64,000 nt of DNA, taken from contig MU054187.1 of assembly GCA_013239625.1 (NCBI GenBank), forward strand, positions 12,866,974-12,930,973, in the 5' to 3' direction. Shown piece by piece: positions 42,770 through 56,319 of the stretch. The notes beneath the pieces are model-generated. The model was not told the origin of the DNA and did no database searches. It saw only the letters and a list, made by a program, of their open reading frames with translations. Every line of letters starts with the position of its first letter. Within the stretch, counting starts at the first letter, position 1. Made by a program: the position numbers and the translations under genes. The stretch is from Lama guanicoe (Eukaryota).

Positions 42770-44450
42770 CAGAAAGAAACTATCTCAATACATTAAAGGC
42801 CATATATGAAAAGCCCACAGGCAACATCAGACTCAGTGATTAAAGTCTGAATGCTTTTCCTCAGGAACAGGACAAGGATGCTTGCGGTTACCATGTCCAT
42901 CAGACCTAGTCCTGGAATTCCCAGCCAGAGCAATTAGGTAAGAAAGAAAAAGAAATAAAAGGCACTCAAACAGGAGAGGAAGAAGTAAAATTATCTTTGT
43001 TCACAGATGACATGATCTTATATGTAGAAAACGCCAAGGAGTTTCTAAAAACTGTTAGAACTAACAAATGAATTCAGCACAGTTATAGGACACAAAATCA
43101 GCACACCAAAATCAGTTGTATCTCTGTACACTAACAATGAACGTCCAGAAAGGAATTTAAGAACATTTCATTTAAAATAGCATCAGAAAGAATAAAATGC
43201 TTAGAAATAAATGTAATTAAGTAGGCAAAAGACTTGCATACTGAAAACTACAAAATGTTGCTGAAAGAAATCAAAGAAAACACAAATACATGAAAAGATG
43301 TTCCATGTTCACAGATGCAGATTTAAGATTAAGTTGACAAGACTACCCAAAGTGACTTATAGATTTAATGCAATCCCTATCATATTCTCAATGGCATTTT
43401 TTACAAAAATAGAAAAGTCCATTCTAAAATTCATACAGTGAAAATGAATAAATGTATGTATATGCATGACTGGGATATTGTGCTGTACACCAGAGATTGA
43501 CACATTGTAACTGACTGTACTTCAATAAAAAAAAAATTCATATGGAATCTCAGGGAACCCCAGATAGCCAAAACAATCTTAAAAAAGAAAAAAATTGGGT
43601 CTCACACTTCCTGATTTCAAGTCTTATTACAAACCACAGTAGTCAAAACAGTGTGGTATGGAGACATACATAAAGACAGGCATAAAGACAGACATATGGA
43701 CCAATAGAATAAACAGAGAACTGAGAAAGAAACTCCTACATATTCGGTCAAACGACTTTCAACAAGGGTGCTAAGATTATTTAATGAGGAAAAGACAGTC
43801 TTTTCAACAAATGAAACTGGGAAAACTAGATACTCACATGCAAAGAATACAGCTGGATCTATACCTTAGACTATATACAAAAATAAATTCAAGATGGATC
43901 AAAGACTTAAACCTAAGAGCAACACTATAAAACTCTTAGAAGAAAAGCCTCATGACACTGAATCTGGCAGGACTTACTGGCTATGACACCAAACCCATAG
44001 GAACCAAAAGAAAACAGAGATAAATTAGACTACATCTAAAAACTTCTGTGCACCAAAGGATCCAATTACAATGAAAAGATAACCTATGGAATAATAGAAA
44101 ATATTTGAACTCATACCTGATAGGAGGTTAGTATCCAGGATATACAAAGAACACCTACAACTCAACAATGAAAAAGCAAACAACCCGATTAAAAAATGGG
44201 CAAAGAAATTGAACAGAGACTCTCTAAAGAAGATACACAAAAGGGTTAGAAAACACATGAAAAGATGCTCAACATCACGAATCGTTAGAGAAATGGAAAT
44301 GAAAATCACAAGGAGATACCACGTCACACCCAATAGGATGGCTACTTAGGATTATTATGTGATCCAGCAATTCTACTTCTGGTGCCCAAAATAACTGAAG
44401 GCAGGGTCGCAAAGAGAAATCTGTACACCCACGTTTATAGTAGCCTTATT
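42770..44450 (+). mobile_element. Degenerate old L1 ORF2 fragment (RT to C-terminal region)
   Basis: aaggccatatatgaaaagcccacag, ttcacagatgacatgatcttatatgtagaaaa (F-T-D-D-M, the RT FADD-like motif), aaatgggcaaagaaattgaacaga; multiple stops and frameshifts. Confidence 0.9.
43436..43532 (+). mobile_element. Younger L1 3' tip nested in the old L1, with 10-bp TSD
   Basis: AAAATTCATA duplicated at 43426-43435 and 43533-43542 around tgtatatgcatgactgg...tgtacaccagagattgacacattgtaactgactgtacttcaataaaa. Confidence 0.85.
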
Positions 44451-45549
44451 GACTGAGTGACCAAGTTGAAGTTCACACTGCTCAGGTTATTTTGTTGGCC
44501 ATTTACATTGAGAAATATCATTGTTACATCTGTATTGCAAATTGATATTTGATCTTAACTGTCTTTTAAGTAAGCACTACAAAGACTGTTCTGAAGGGAG
44601 GTATGCACTCATCCCTAATTTTCATTTCATGGCTTCAATGGCAATTTAATCTGTTTTTAATGGCAAACATGATCCCTGCCCCCAACAAGCATCTACCACC
44701 CCCCCTGAACGGAGACTGGTTCAAAAGTGCTTTTCTCAACCCATTTTCATTTACTTTCTAAAAATTCTATTTTTGGCTTGGAGGATCCTTGTTCCTTTCA
44801 GTCTCGGAATAGATAGTTTGAAGAAAACCTGTTTCTCTCTCCTCGGGTTTTTAGAATAGGATCCAGAATGCTTTCTGAGTAGAAAAATAAAATACTTTGT
44901 CCCTTCTCTAGAAACCTTAGAGCTAACCATTCATCAAATCATAATAGTATCTCTTCCTTGTATGTATTTTAAAAGATACATCACAAAACTTTTAGTTCTG
45001 GTTTAATGATGCTTCAATGCCAAATATTACATTAGATCTCGTGTAGTTTGAAAAGAGTAACTACAAGTCACTTAAATTTCACAACAAAAACAGCTAAAAA
45101 TAGCAGCAGATGTTAGTAAGACAGCAGTTTCTCCGCGTTGCTGTGTTACCGCAAAGCATTAAAAGAAAAAACCGGTTCCTGTTGTTCATGTGGCTCTGGT
45201 TCCTATTTCAACACCCTTACACATTTTGCTCTTTTATTCCTTTTCTTTTACCATCTCATTTTTCTGAGGTGAAAAGCAAAACAACAACAACCCCCCGCAA
45301 AACAGTAAAATAAACCAAGCAAATGTACAAAGCAATATAAATTTTCCAATTTAAATTCTTCATGTTGAGACATTTAAAAAATATTTTTAATACCTAAGTC
45401 ATTGTTTTAATTTTAGGCAGCCACGGCACTGTGAGTTAGTAACTGGGTTTTACTAGTGATATTGGGGGTTTATTTTACTGAAAGCCCCCCAAATTAATTT
45501 TGCTTTTTATTTTTTATCTACTACTATTTCCAACTTACAAGTACACTTT

Positions 45550-45815
45550 ATTTTTTATTTATTTATTTATTTATTTTGTTTATTCTTGCTTTTATTTCTT
45601 CTAGGCGAAAATTTTTGAAATGTATGTCAGATAATGTTTTGCCTATGTTTTCCTCTAGGAGGTTTATTGTATCTTGTCTTATGTTTAAGTCTTTAATCCA
45701 TTTTGAGTTGATTTTTGTATATGGTGTAAGGGTGTGTTCTAGCTTCATTGTTTTACATGCTGCTGTCCAGTTTTCCCAACACCATTTGCTGAAGAGACTG
45801 TCTTTATTCCATTGT
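45550..45815 (-). mobile_element. Young L1 ORF2 internal fragment with A-rich tail and 12-bp TSD
   Basis: ORF 45563-45748 ([39 protein letters not shown]) is L1 ORF2p. CAAGTACACTTT occurs at 45538-45549 and 45816-45827. Confidence 0.9.
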
Positions 45816-48537
45816 CAAGTACACTTTCAATATATGATAAACGTCATTTGCGTCTCTCCTATTTGAATATCCCCCGTTGCATCTATGAAAGCAAACCTAC
45901 ACAGACTTCGGGCAATTGCTACTCTACTTTGAATCAAAAAGTAGAATATATCAAATTTGAAAAAAATGCTATTTGAAGAATTTATCTTAGGCTAGAAAGA
46001 CTTGCTAGAAGACGGCCCAACTATTTCAGAAAGCCTGACTAGTTTCCTGGGATATGGTACTTAAACATTTTAAATTTGTGGAATAAAAGGTAAGGTTCCT
46101 AAAAATTCTGTCTACACTGATCTTACGTGGGTCGCTAAGCCTCCACTGGCAAGCAATTACTGGGGAACGAAGGTGCCCAGGGAGGTGTGACGTTAAGGAT
46201 GTAAGCAGGTTTATGAGAATTTGTTGGTCACTTTGAAAGTCTTATAAACTATGCTCAAAGCAAAACAAATCTTTGGCTAGGATCAGTCCAAGGAAAGGAA
46301 AAACACCCGTTTTGGACCCCTTAAGCAATTCCTTATTTAGAATTCTGATATTACAGCCACAAACAGGGCCTGAATGCCATTTAAAATAAAGTCTCCCTAT
46401 TAAGATCTTTTGTTTGGGAGGAAAACAAAAAGCAGAAAAACAGGAATGGGCACTCTGCGTCCAGGAGTGGCCCCATGCTGATTGCTCAGAAGGGAAGGAT
46501 TAAAGATAAGATGAGAAAATTAGCTCCATTATTGGAGAGAAGAAAATAAATATGCTAAAATGTTATTTCTTTAAAAAATATTACTGAAAGTCTTATGTAA
46601 ATGACACGTACAACCTCCGAGACCCAAAGGTTCCATTGTTTTCTCCCCACCTGTCTAAAGTTATCAATACCATCAATGGACTCAACTTTTTGCAATTTTA
46701 TAAGGCCCTATCACAGAATAGCCGGTGTGAAATGCCACGTTTTAGGAGTTGGGCGTAGGTCTGATGCCAATGAAGAAATAATCTGGATTACTAGAATGTA
46801 TACACATGAAAAATAAATCACGGTTGAATTACTGGCTGAATGATTTAAAAAAGAAAATATCCCAACTTGTGGTGGGGCTAATCAGGTCCTTTTTACTGAT
46901 TAGATATGTGACACTCGACTGCTCTAATTTTCTCCTTACTTAAGAGACTCTCTTTCAACATCATGAAAATAATACCCAAGTAGAGCATAGGAGAAAGAAC
47001 TTCACCATTCCAAAGATTAACTGTGATTGTGGAGAAACCCCAATGAGTCCCAAACATGGGACAGCTGCCAAGGAGTGGTACAAAGAGGGAGGAAAGAAAA
47101 TAAAGCCAGGGTAGATCTGGCCAAGTTGGCCTGAACATGTAGGGGCCCACGCAGTGCCAGCAGAAAGCTTACACAGCGAAATCCAGTCAAAAGACCTATC
47201 CGGATTTCACGTGCAACCTCTCTCCTATCTCCTTCCTAGTATTACAGCCATTCTCTTAAGCCTTTGTTATTTCCCACCAGGAGAACCATAATAATCTCTG
47301 CTATCAGATCAATCTTCCAAACTGCACACATCCATCATGTCACTCCAATGTTTCAATATTGTTCATGGCATCCCCATGCCCATGGTGCAAAGTCCTGGCA
47401 CCCAAGGCTCCTGGCGTCCCTCTTTTGAGGGCAATCAGAAGACTAGATTATATTCCTGATGAGTGCTTCCATGGGCCAATCGTTTAATTTTTCTGAGACA
47501 TAGCTTCCTCGTTGGAAAAAATAAAAAGAGAAGGAACTAATTAGAGATAAGAAACTAATTGGAGATGGCTGTCTAAAGTATGAAAGCTGAACAAAAGTGC
47601 AATATTTTTATTACCATTACCACACTCTCTGCCACCCGTCTTCTGCAAGTCTGAGTCTGCTCCTCCAAACATACTTGACAGGTATCCAGCCATTCTGCCT
47701 CTCATTTCCCTAAATGGTTATGCTCCGCTTCTGCCTCTCCCTGTCTGCTACCTGGAACAACACTTGCCCACTCTTGCCCACCCCTCCTCTGAACCCCCAA
47801 AGGAAGTAGTGATCGCTCTTATTTAGGAAATGCTTATGAGTATTTTCCTAGATGCTGTGTGTTGTTTTCCCAACAGCCCTGTGTCTGCTCCCATTTACAG
47901 ATGGGACGATTAAGACAGAACAAGTAAGACTTGCAGATATAAGATGCTTTTCCTGCCTCAGTGTGAGGGAAGTCCCAAGCTGGTGGTGGCAGGCCAGTGT
48001 GGTGACTGGAAAGCTGTGGTGATTCATATGTGTTCACTGCCTTCCCTTTCACATATATGAATGTGAAAAATGGGGCTTTATTCAATAAGGTAGCAGGAAC
48101 ATGCATTTTGGTTATATGTCACTGCCAGTCAGGAGGGAGGGGCTGGCAGTTAAAGGGGAAGAGAACTATTATCAGGATAAGGGCAAAGAAAAGGGGTGAA
48201 GGAGACTCTTTCAGCTCGAAATCCCTTTGATAGTCAAGAGCAGTGTGTTTTTGGTTTGTTCTGGGAGTTTAGATTCTATGTCATTTCATGGCATTGAAAA
48301 GTTCTACTGGGGACCCTAAATTATTTCATCATTTTGATCTCACTTGGCATTGATCCATAAAGAAGAGGATAAAATCAGGGAACCATCCTCCAGGATTAAC
48401 TGGCCATTCATCACTCTTCAGTACACCTGTCCCATAGCCTGAGGGTCTGGCTCTGCTGGGATGGCCAGAGCCACCGCAAGGATTTGAAAGTGGCCTTTGT
48501 GTTTTACTCAATTGTCAAATATTTCTTAGCTGAAACC

Positions 48538-48934
48538 TGTAGCTGCTGCTGCCACCCATCCACCAAAACGCATTCTCTGTTTCTTCCTGGCCTCACAGCG
48601 AGGCCACATCTCCTGGTCTCCTCTGCACTGGGCCAAGGGGGCAGAGGTGTGCACCCTTCTAAGCCTGGCCCATCAAGCCTGCCCTTCATGCTCCCCTCTG
48701 CTTCTTCTCGCCGTGGGTTAGCAATCTGACAGTGGTCACAGAAGAAGCCTCAGGAGCTTCTGTACATGGTGAGATGTACAGCCATTATCTGCACTACCAA
48801 ACCCTGCCCAAACCAAGCCACTGGGAAAACCCACCCGAGACCCTTCAATAGGGAAGAGGTGCATTTCTACTGTGTTTAAGCTATGCGATTTGGGGCCTAT
48901 TTGTTACAGCCGCTTCATCTACCCTGACAAATGC
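48538..48934 (+). mobile_element. ERVL-type solo LTR remnant (LTR16/LTR33-like)
   Basis: Starts TGT; ends ...tgtgtttaagctatgcgatttggggcctatttgttacagccgc...ccctgacaaatgCA, typical of old ERVL/MaLR LTR 3' ends. Confidence 0.5.
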
Positions 48935-49075
48935 ATGTGCTGGCTTGTGCTTTATTGGATGTCTGCACTGAGTTTCCAGTCTAGTTGACTACAGTGTGGC
49001 TGTCACTGAATTGTCCTGGTGTCCTAAAGGCAGGAGTAAATAGAATCAACACAAAGCTCAGAGCACGATCTAGAG

Positions 49076-49292
49076 CAGGGGCAGGCAAACTTTTCCTTTA
49101 AAGGGACAGACAAAAAATATTTTAGACTTTGCAGGCCACATACAGTTTCTGAGACAAATTCTTTTTTTTTTTTTGTCTGTGGCTGTTCATGCACTACCAG
49201 GGCAGAGCTGAGTAGTTATGATAGGCATATAGCCCACAGAATCTGACCTCTTTATTACCTGCCTCTTTACCAAAAAAGTTTGCCAACTCCTG
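49076..49292. mobile_element. MER58-like hAT-Charlie MITE
   Basis: TIRs CAGGGGCAGGCAAACTTTT / AAAAGTTTGCCAACTCCTG. 8-bp TSD ATCTAGAG (49068-49075) / GTCTAGAG (49293-49300), matching the hAT NTCTAGAN target. Confidence 0.85.
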
Positions 49293-51629
49293 GTCTAGAG
49301 GTCCCAAAAGAGAGATCATTCTGCATAAGTAACCAGATCCTCAAGAGCCTGAGGAGGATGCTAGCTGTCCAGCCACTCCGGTGCCATGCTATGAATTCAC
49401 CATCTACATCAGCCACCATGGAAGATGGTTGCCCCTCAACAGATTTTGGAGTTTAGTGTTGCATCCTTAAATGGGGTGAGAACAGCAATCCGTACTGGCT
49501 AGCTGGGGTGTTCTGATGAAATGGCTTAGATAAACTACTGTTGAACTTTTCTTTCATCAGTGTGCTGAATGATCACAGTACTACACTCACAAGGGAGGCT
49601 GAGTTCATCTAAACTCACTGTGACAAATGGGACCCTCCTAGAAGCCTGGTGTGTTAACAGGCAAATGCTTATTTAGACAGCAGATACAAGATTAATCAGC
49701 GACATATACTGTTTTTATTATTGGATTATTGCTATTAATAAAACACGGTGCTGAGCCCTTCAAACTCATGACCGCAACTTGAATCCTTTTTTTCCCCTCC
49801 AGCTTTATTGAGATGTTGTTGACATAGCTTAATTCTTAAAGCAATTCTGCAAGTAGCCAGATTTATAGAAGAGGAAACTGAGGCTCAGCATGGAGAAACA
49901 ATTGGGCCAAGGTCAATGAACTGAAAATTAGAGCTTGGGTCTGAGTCTAGCTCTATGTGAATTCAAATCTGATGTCCTTCCTATACACCAGAAGGCATAT
50001 GACAGACACATTGGTACTTCATAAATGTAAAGACACTACCACGTATTACTCATTGGCCACTATGCCAGGCTCAAGAGTTTTTGTTTGTTTGTTTTGTTTT
50101 TTCACAGTCAAGGTTCAGCTACACTAAAATTAGAACAATACGTATTCTCTGCCGGACTAGGTGCTAAGTGTTTCTCACATTTGGTCTCTAACCTCATCTA
50201 AGCCTCAGTTTCCTCATCTGTAAATGGGCTTGGCAATAGATTCAGAACACTGAAGCTGAGTTAAATGGGCCCTGGGCACATAGGAAATTCTTAATAAGCA
50301 GGACCTATAGTTAAAAATGCAAAGCTTTATGCTGTCTTAAGTGTTCACATTTAGGTTTTCTTGGAAAATGAGGGGCGAGCGCTCATTGCTTTTAAGGACC
50401 ATTCTAGCCCAAATCCGTACGATTTGTTAAGCAACAATAGAAAGAAAGTCTTGAAACAATCATGATACTGGGTACCTTGTGAAGTCTTCCCCCAAGGAGC
50501 AAAGCATGCTTGGGGCATCAGCACAATACTCGTTGGAAATATAACTTTGGGGTCTGTGCTTTGACGTTAACAACTAGATTATGACATTGCCTATTTCAAG
50601 GAGAAAATTCAATGGAAAAAAAAAAGTCAAGACTAGTTTTCTTCAGTAAAATTGGAGAATCTGGATTTAGTTGGAAAGCAACTTTACAAAATGTATGAAA
50701 AACAACCAGGACAGATATTATTAACAACAACCTAATATACAGTAACACCCAGGGGCTTCATTTTCCTGCTAATATGCTGTTTCTCTTTCCTAAAACTTGA
50801 CCTGTACCCAGCATCCTTTTTTTTGTTCCTATCACCTTTGTTATAAAACAATACTTCCTTATAACACCCAGCATGCCTGCTTCCCACAGCTAGGGTTACA
50901 TGGAAGGTGGGACATTCTCAAACGTTTTTTGGTACACATTGCTGTAACATGCTCTAATTTTGCGTTATATCAACCAGATCCCGTATCCCCTTACTGAATG
51001 GCCTACTCATTGAGCAGCCTAAGCTACTGTGACTAAGCTACTTCTCAAGTATCTGGTTCCCATAGAGACAGAACAGCTATCACATTGTCAGGCATTCATG
51101 TCTTTGTATGCCTGTAGAGTAAGACCCAGCCACATGATCCCCGACAATGGCCAGCAACATCCCTGAGTCTGTGCTCCAAGAAATGTGGATTGCCCCTGAA
51201 CTGCTTTCAGACTTCTCTCCTTGTGCCGAGTCAGCAAGAGGGATGCAAGTTCTGATCAGCTTGGTTCTTATTATTGTCTGGAAGTATCCTTGCTGAACTA
51301 CACATTTTTACCAGACACAATGATCAGATTTAAGACTCTAAAGTTCTCTAATAAACAGAACACGAAGCAAACTTCCTTGCATGCTACAGGCTACAGTTCA
51401 ACATCCTCAGTGACGCATCTTCAAAAGTCAACCTGTCAGGATAGGGGGTGTCCCCGCAATGAGATGACAGCTGACCATGAGCCCCCAGCATGGTGAAGAT
51501 GCTCACAAACGTTTAGGAAGAAATCAAGCTAAGTGTCTAAGGAGCTTCTAACCCTGACATCTGCAGCTCTCACCATGCCCACGTGTCCTGGGCTCACCTT
51601 CCAAGGACCTCCTTGCCTGGCCCAAGGGT

Positions 51630-52265
51630 CCAAGTGGATGTCTAACAGGCACCTCAAACTTGTCCAACATTGAACTTTCCATTTCCCCTCCAATTAATTC
51701 TTCCCCATCTCAACAAATAGATGACTACACTCCCAGTTGCTCAGGACAAAACCCAGGAATGATGTTTTCACTCCTATTGCTTATTGCTCAACAGCACAAT
51801 CCAATTGAATCCTAATTCTCTATCTGCAGTAGAATCTGTAATCCATCAGTTTTCTCCATCTCTACAGCTAGTGCATCAGATCACCCCTAAGACCTCCTCC
51901 TCTCTGTTCCCCCATCCCTCTTTCCCTACCGTTAGTTCACACACAGCCAAATCAATCTAAAAATCTAAATCCGATCTTGTTATGTCCCCCCTTGAAGTCT
52001 TCCAATGACTTCCCATGGCACGTGCAATGAGATCAGCCCTGTTGAGCATGGCTGGGAGGCACTTTGCACCTGCCCTCATCCCAGCCCACATCTTTCTTGA
52101 CTATGCATCTCCATTACTAAGTTCGACACCACCAGCCTCTTTATCCCTCAAACATCAAACCCTTTCCTGCCTCCACACTTGCTGTTTCCTCTGCTTAGAA
52201 CATCCTTTCTCCTGATGGTCACATTATCAATTGGACTCTTCAGGTCATCCTGACCTCAGGCTCAA
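51630..52265 (+). mobile_element. L2 fragment, interrupted by the L1 at 52279
   Basis: ggatgtctaacaggcacctcaaact...cccagttgctcaggacaaaacccagga...ctcccatggca...tgctgtttcctctgcttagaaca. Confidence 0.75.
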
Positions 52266-52278
52266 AAAGTCATACACA

Positions 52279-52577
52279 CAGAACAGACATAATAAACTAA
52301 CTTATGGTTACCAGGCGAGAAAGAGGGTGGGAAGGGATAAATTGGGAGTTCGAGATCTGCAGATCCTAACTACTATATATAAAATAGATACACAACAAGT
52401 TTCTACTGTATAGCACAGGGAACTATGTTCACTATCTTGTAGTAACCTACAATGAAAAAGAATATGAAAAGGAATGTATGTATATGTATGACTGAAACAT
52501 TATGCTGTACACCAGAAACTGACACAACATTGCAAACAGACTATACTTCAATAATTAAAAAAAGAAAAAGAATAAAA
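52279..52577 (+). mobile_element. 5'-truncated lineage-specific L1 3' UTR with A tail
   Basis: aacttatggttaccagg...gggataaattgggagtt...ctgtatagcacagggaactat...tgtacaccagaaactgacacaacattg...ctatacttcaataa followed by an A-rich tract. Confidence 0.85.
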
Positions 52578-54658
52578 TCACCCAAGCAATGAGTGCAGAA
52601 AACAGAATTTAAACTGGAGAAAAAGAAAGTCACGCACAGGAAGACCTTCTCTCAATCAGGTTTTCTGTGGCCACTCTCTCCCCAGACCCCATCAACTTAT
52701 AAACAAATGGTAAGCTTACATTTAAACATCTCAAATCATCCATACTTAAAAAAAAATATACATTTGGCTTGAGAAAATTACATAAAACTTTTTATCACAT
52801 GCCCTAGGAGGAGAAAACTAAACAAACAAAATACTATTGGTTGAAGTCTCAAAATACTAATGGTTGACACTTGTAAAAATAAAATTTATGATATTTGTTT
52901 AGGTATTGTCAAGAATCCAAATGAAAACTCTAAGCTGCCAGTGGTTTCTAGGTTAGGTGCAAATCCCATGTGTAAACCAATCATTTACAGCTAGAGATTG
53001 ATGTGAGGTCAGTGGGTCATGGGATGTTCACCACTTTGCTCTAAGCTGGTCCCTTTCAATGGCTAACAGTGCATGGATGGAGACAACTCTCTTTACGTCA
53101 ATTTGGCCTCTAGCGACAAAGCTTTTAAAGACTTGAGACTTTCTAAATGGTTTTCAAATGTTAGTTTCCTAAGTGTATGCTCCTTTCAACACTTGTGTGC
53201 AAGTTCCAGGAGCCCGTTCTTGACCTCAGGAGTTAGGTGGAGAAATATTAAAATGGTTCAGCTAAGATGATCTTCAAGAGGCTTCCTACTAACCACACTG
53301 ACATTTCAGGCTTTTAAAGGAGCAGTTTTGAAATAAGGATATTCCTAGTATTGAGACAAGGAATGATAGAAGAAATAAAGCAGCTAATATTTATTGACTC
53401 CTATGTGCTAGCTTCAAAGCAGAGACCTATTCTGAATGATTGAGTCTATGGCTTTATTTTTTTTTTATAATCTGCGTATTTTGTTAACTGTCTTCCTCTC
53501 ATAGAAAATTTGTTTGACAATCAGATGGGGCGTGTTGAATTTTACAGGTATCTTATTTCTCATCGAAATTCAAATGGTGGAATATTCTTGTTCTCACAAA
53601 TGTGCATTTTTCCAGTTTTTTGGATTAGGTATTTCTTTAGGGTTATGAGAAGGAAGGCAGTACTGTGAAGCTCAGCTTATAATTCCTCTACTCTCACTTC
53701 CAGATACCTACAAATCAGGTGCTCGATATGTAATATTGAAATAAATATTTGTTGAATGAATAAATACCTGGATAAAATCTGTAGTGAGAGCATGCACATT
53801 TCATGAGTGTCAATTTTAACACATAATTGTGATAAACATCTGGAGTCACCAAAACACAAGAACTCAGTTTCTAAGGCTCAAAATCAATAACTTCAAGGAT
53901 CTATGACTTGTAATATTATTTCTTTAAAGATAAAAAACTGAGAAATATCATATTCACAGGGTAATTTCAGAAATAATTAAAGGCACTTTAAACAACATGA
54001 TTTTTTTTTTTGTGCGGAAAAGGTTTATGAGGCCAACAATCAAAAAGAATTTTCAAAGTTTTGGGAAATCTAATACAGAAAGAACAGTGAAACTGAAGTG
54101 CTATTCATGGAAGATAATCTATAATATTATTCTTTATCTACACCATCAAGATAAGTATTGTCACAACTCAAAATTGGATGTATTGGTCCTTTGTCATTCA
54201 GAGGCCCAATTTTATTAAGCATCATGTAAATTTAGCTCCACAGCAAAGGGACTAATAAAGACATTTATAACAGGTGCTTTAAAAATAAAATGGTAACACT
54301 GCCAATCACTGAAGACAGTATCAAGTGAAATATTTGCTTCATGGAATACCTCAAGAATAAAGAGAATAAAAGAATGTGGCAAATTAAAAAATATAACACA
54401 AAAGACCTTTCTATGTCATCTATATATTTTAATATTCCATCCTAGAATAGCATTCAATCACTTTTACTCATCGAGGTCTGAACATAATTACATAAAGATT
54501 ATCTCATTTTTAAGAACCCAAAAGAAAGAAACTTCTTCTGTTCATTTACATTTTTTTTGCCTCACATATATACTTGACTATCTCAACAAATCAAGTCACA
54601 TTCAAAGTTAAACCACATTTACATTTGGACAAAAAAAAATCAATTCTAGGCATATTTA

Positions 54659-54781
<123 letters not shown>

Positions 54782-56085
54782 CTACAAAGGAAGAACCAAA
54801 TCAGTGTGTCTTTCCCTTGGCTGAAAAACCTGATAATCAGTTAACTTCAACATGAAAAGCTAGTCTTGAAACGGGAGGCAAATGAAAAAAACCTGAATTT
54901 ACTATTTTTTTTTTAAACACACCTGTTCTAAAGAGTATCTCCCAGCTTTTCTCAGATGGAATCTCAGATGAGGTACAAGAGGATACACACATTGGCAACC
55001 CTGATATAAATACAGGAAAGAAATACATTCTTCCTACTTCCATATAGCTTCTCAGTCTAAGTTCTGAAGAAATGGAAAATGAGCTAAAACGAGTCTGTTT
55101 ATAACTTCTGAGACAGAGAGGGGCAATCCATTAAAAATCATTCAACTTATTGTGTCCTTGTCTCTGATCTCTGCTTATGAAGAAGTGTTAAAATAACTAA
55201 TCTGATGTTTTATTCTTATCAAGCCAAGTATTAATATTATTAATAAGTATTAATAAATAAATAAATCACCCATAGAAACTAAAATCTTACATCATCTATT
55301 CACCTTAAGTTACCTACGGGGATGTTACCAAATGGATGGTATATTATTCCTGCCTGATTTTGTTCAGATTTCAGATAGTTAACAACTTAAGCAGACACAT
55401 CCCACAGGCTCTTGACACACTCTTGGGGTATTTGAAATTGAAAAGGTCTCTGAGATACCACAAAAGGCTTCCCAAGCCTGCTTTTCTCCTTCTCAATCCC
55501 ACTCACACCAGTACATATTCATATCCACAAGTTTTGCTGGACATTTTTCATCTTTTCAGCCAAAATAATCATGTTTTCCATCATCAGATTTCACTTTGGC
55601 AGTAAAAAGAAACTTAACTGCGGTGGATTCAAGGCTATGAAATCTACCATCCTTTAAAGTTTTACATAATCCCTCCTGCTTGTGGACTCCACCAAAACAT
55701 AAGGTGATAACCATTTCTGTTTAGAATATTCTAGATTTTTTCCTTTCTCTATATATATGTGTGTGTGTGTCTTTAATTTCCAAGTGGATTTTATTAAGCG
55801 TTTTTCGTACAACCCTTAATTTTAAGTGGCAACGACACACAGCAGTACAAGAGAATTTGGTCAAAGCAGAACTACATGACTGATTATGTTTCATTAAAGA
55901 GAAAAAGAAAACAAATGCTTTACCACATAGTTACAGTGGAAGAGAAAACAGAAATGGATAACTGCTTTATCTTTAATATGGAAAAAAACCCAGTTTACTT
56001 ATAGTTAATATGGGGGGGGGAGCAGTAACAAAGGCATTTGGACACCCTGATCACAGCAGGTGTAGAACCACAAGACTCCTGGCTA

Positions 56086-56319
<234 letters not shown>

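Noticed and set aside
44025..44333. 102-aa hydrophobic minus-strand ORF
   Set aside because: Antisense reading of the degenerate L1 ORF2, a common artefact.
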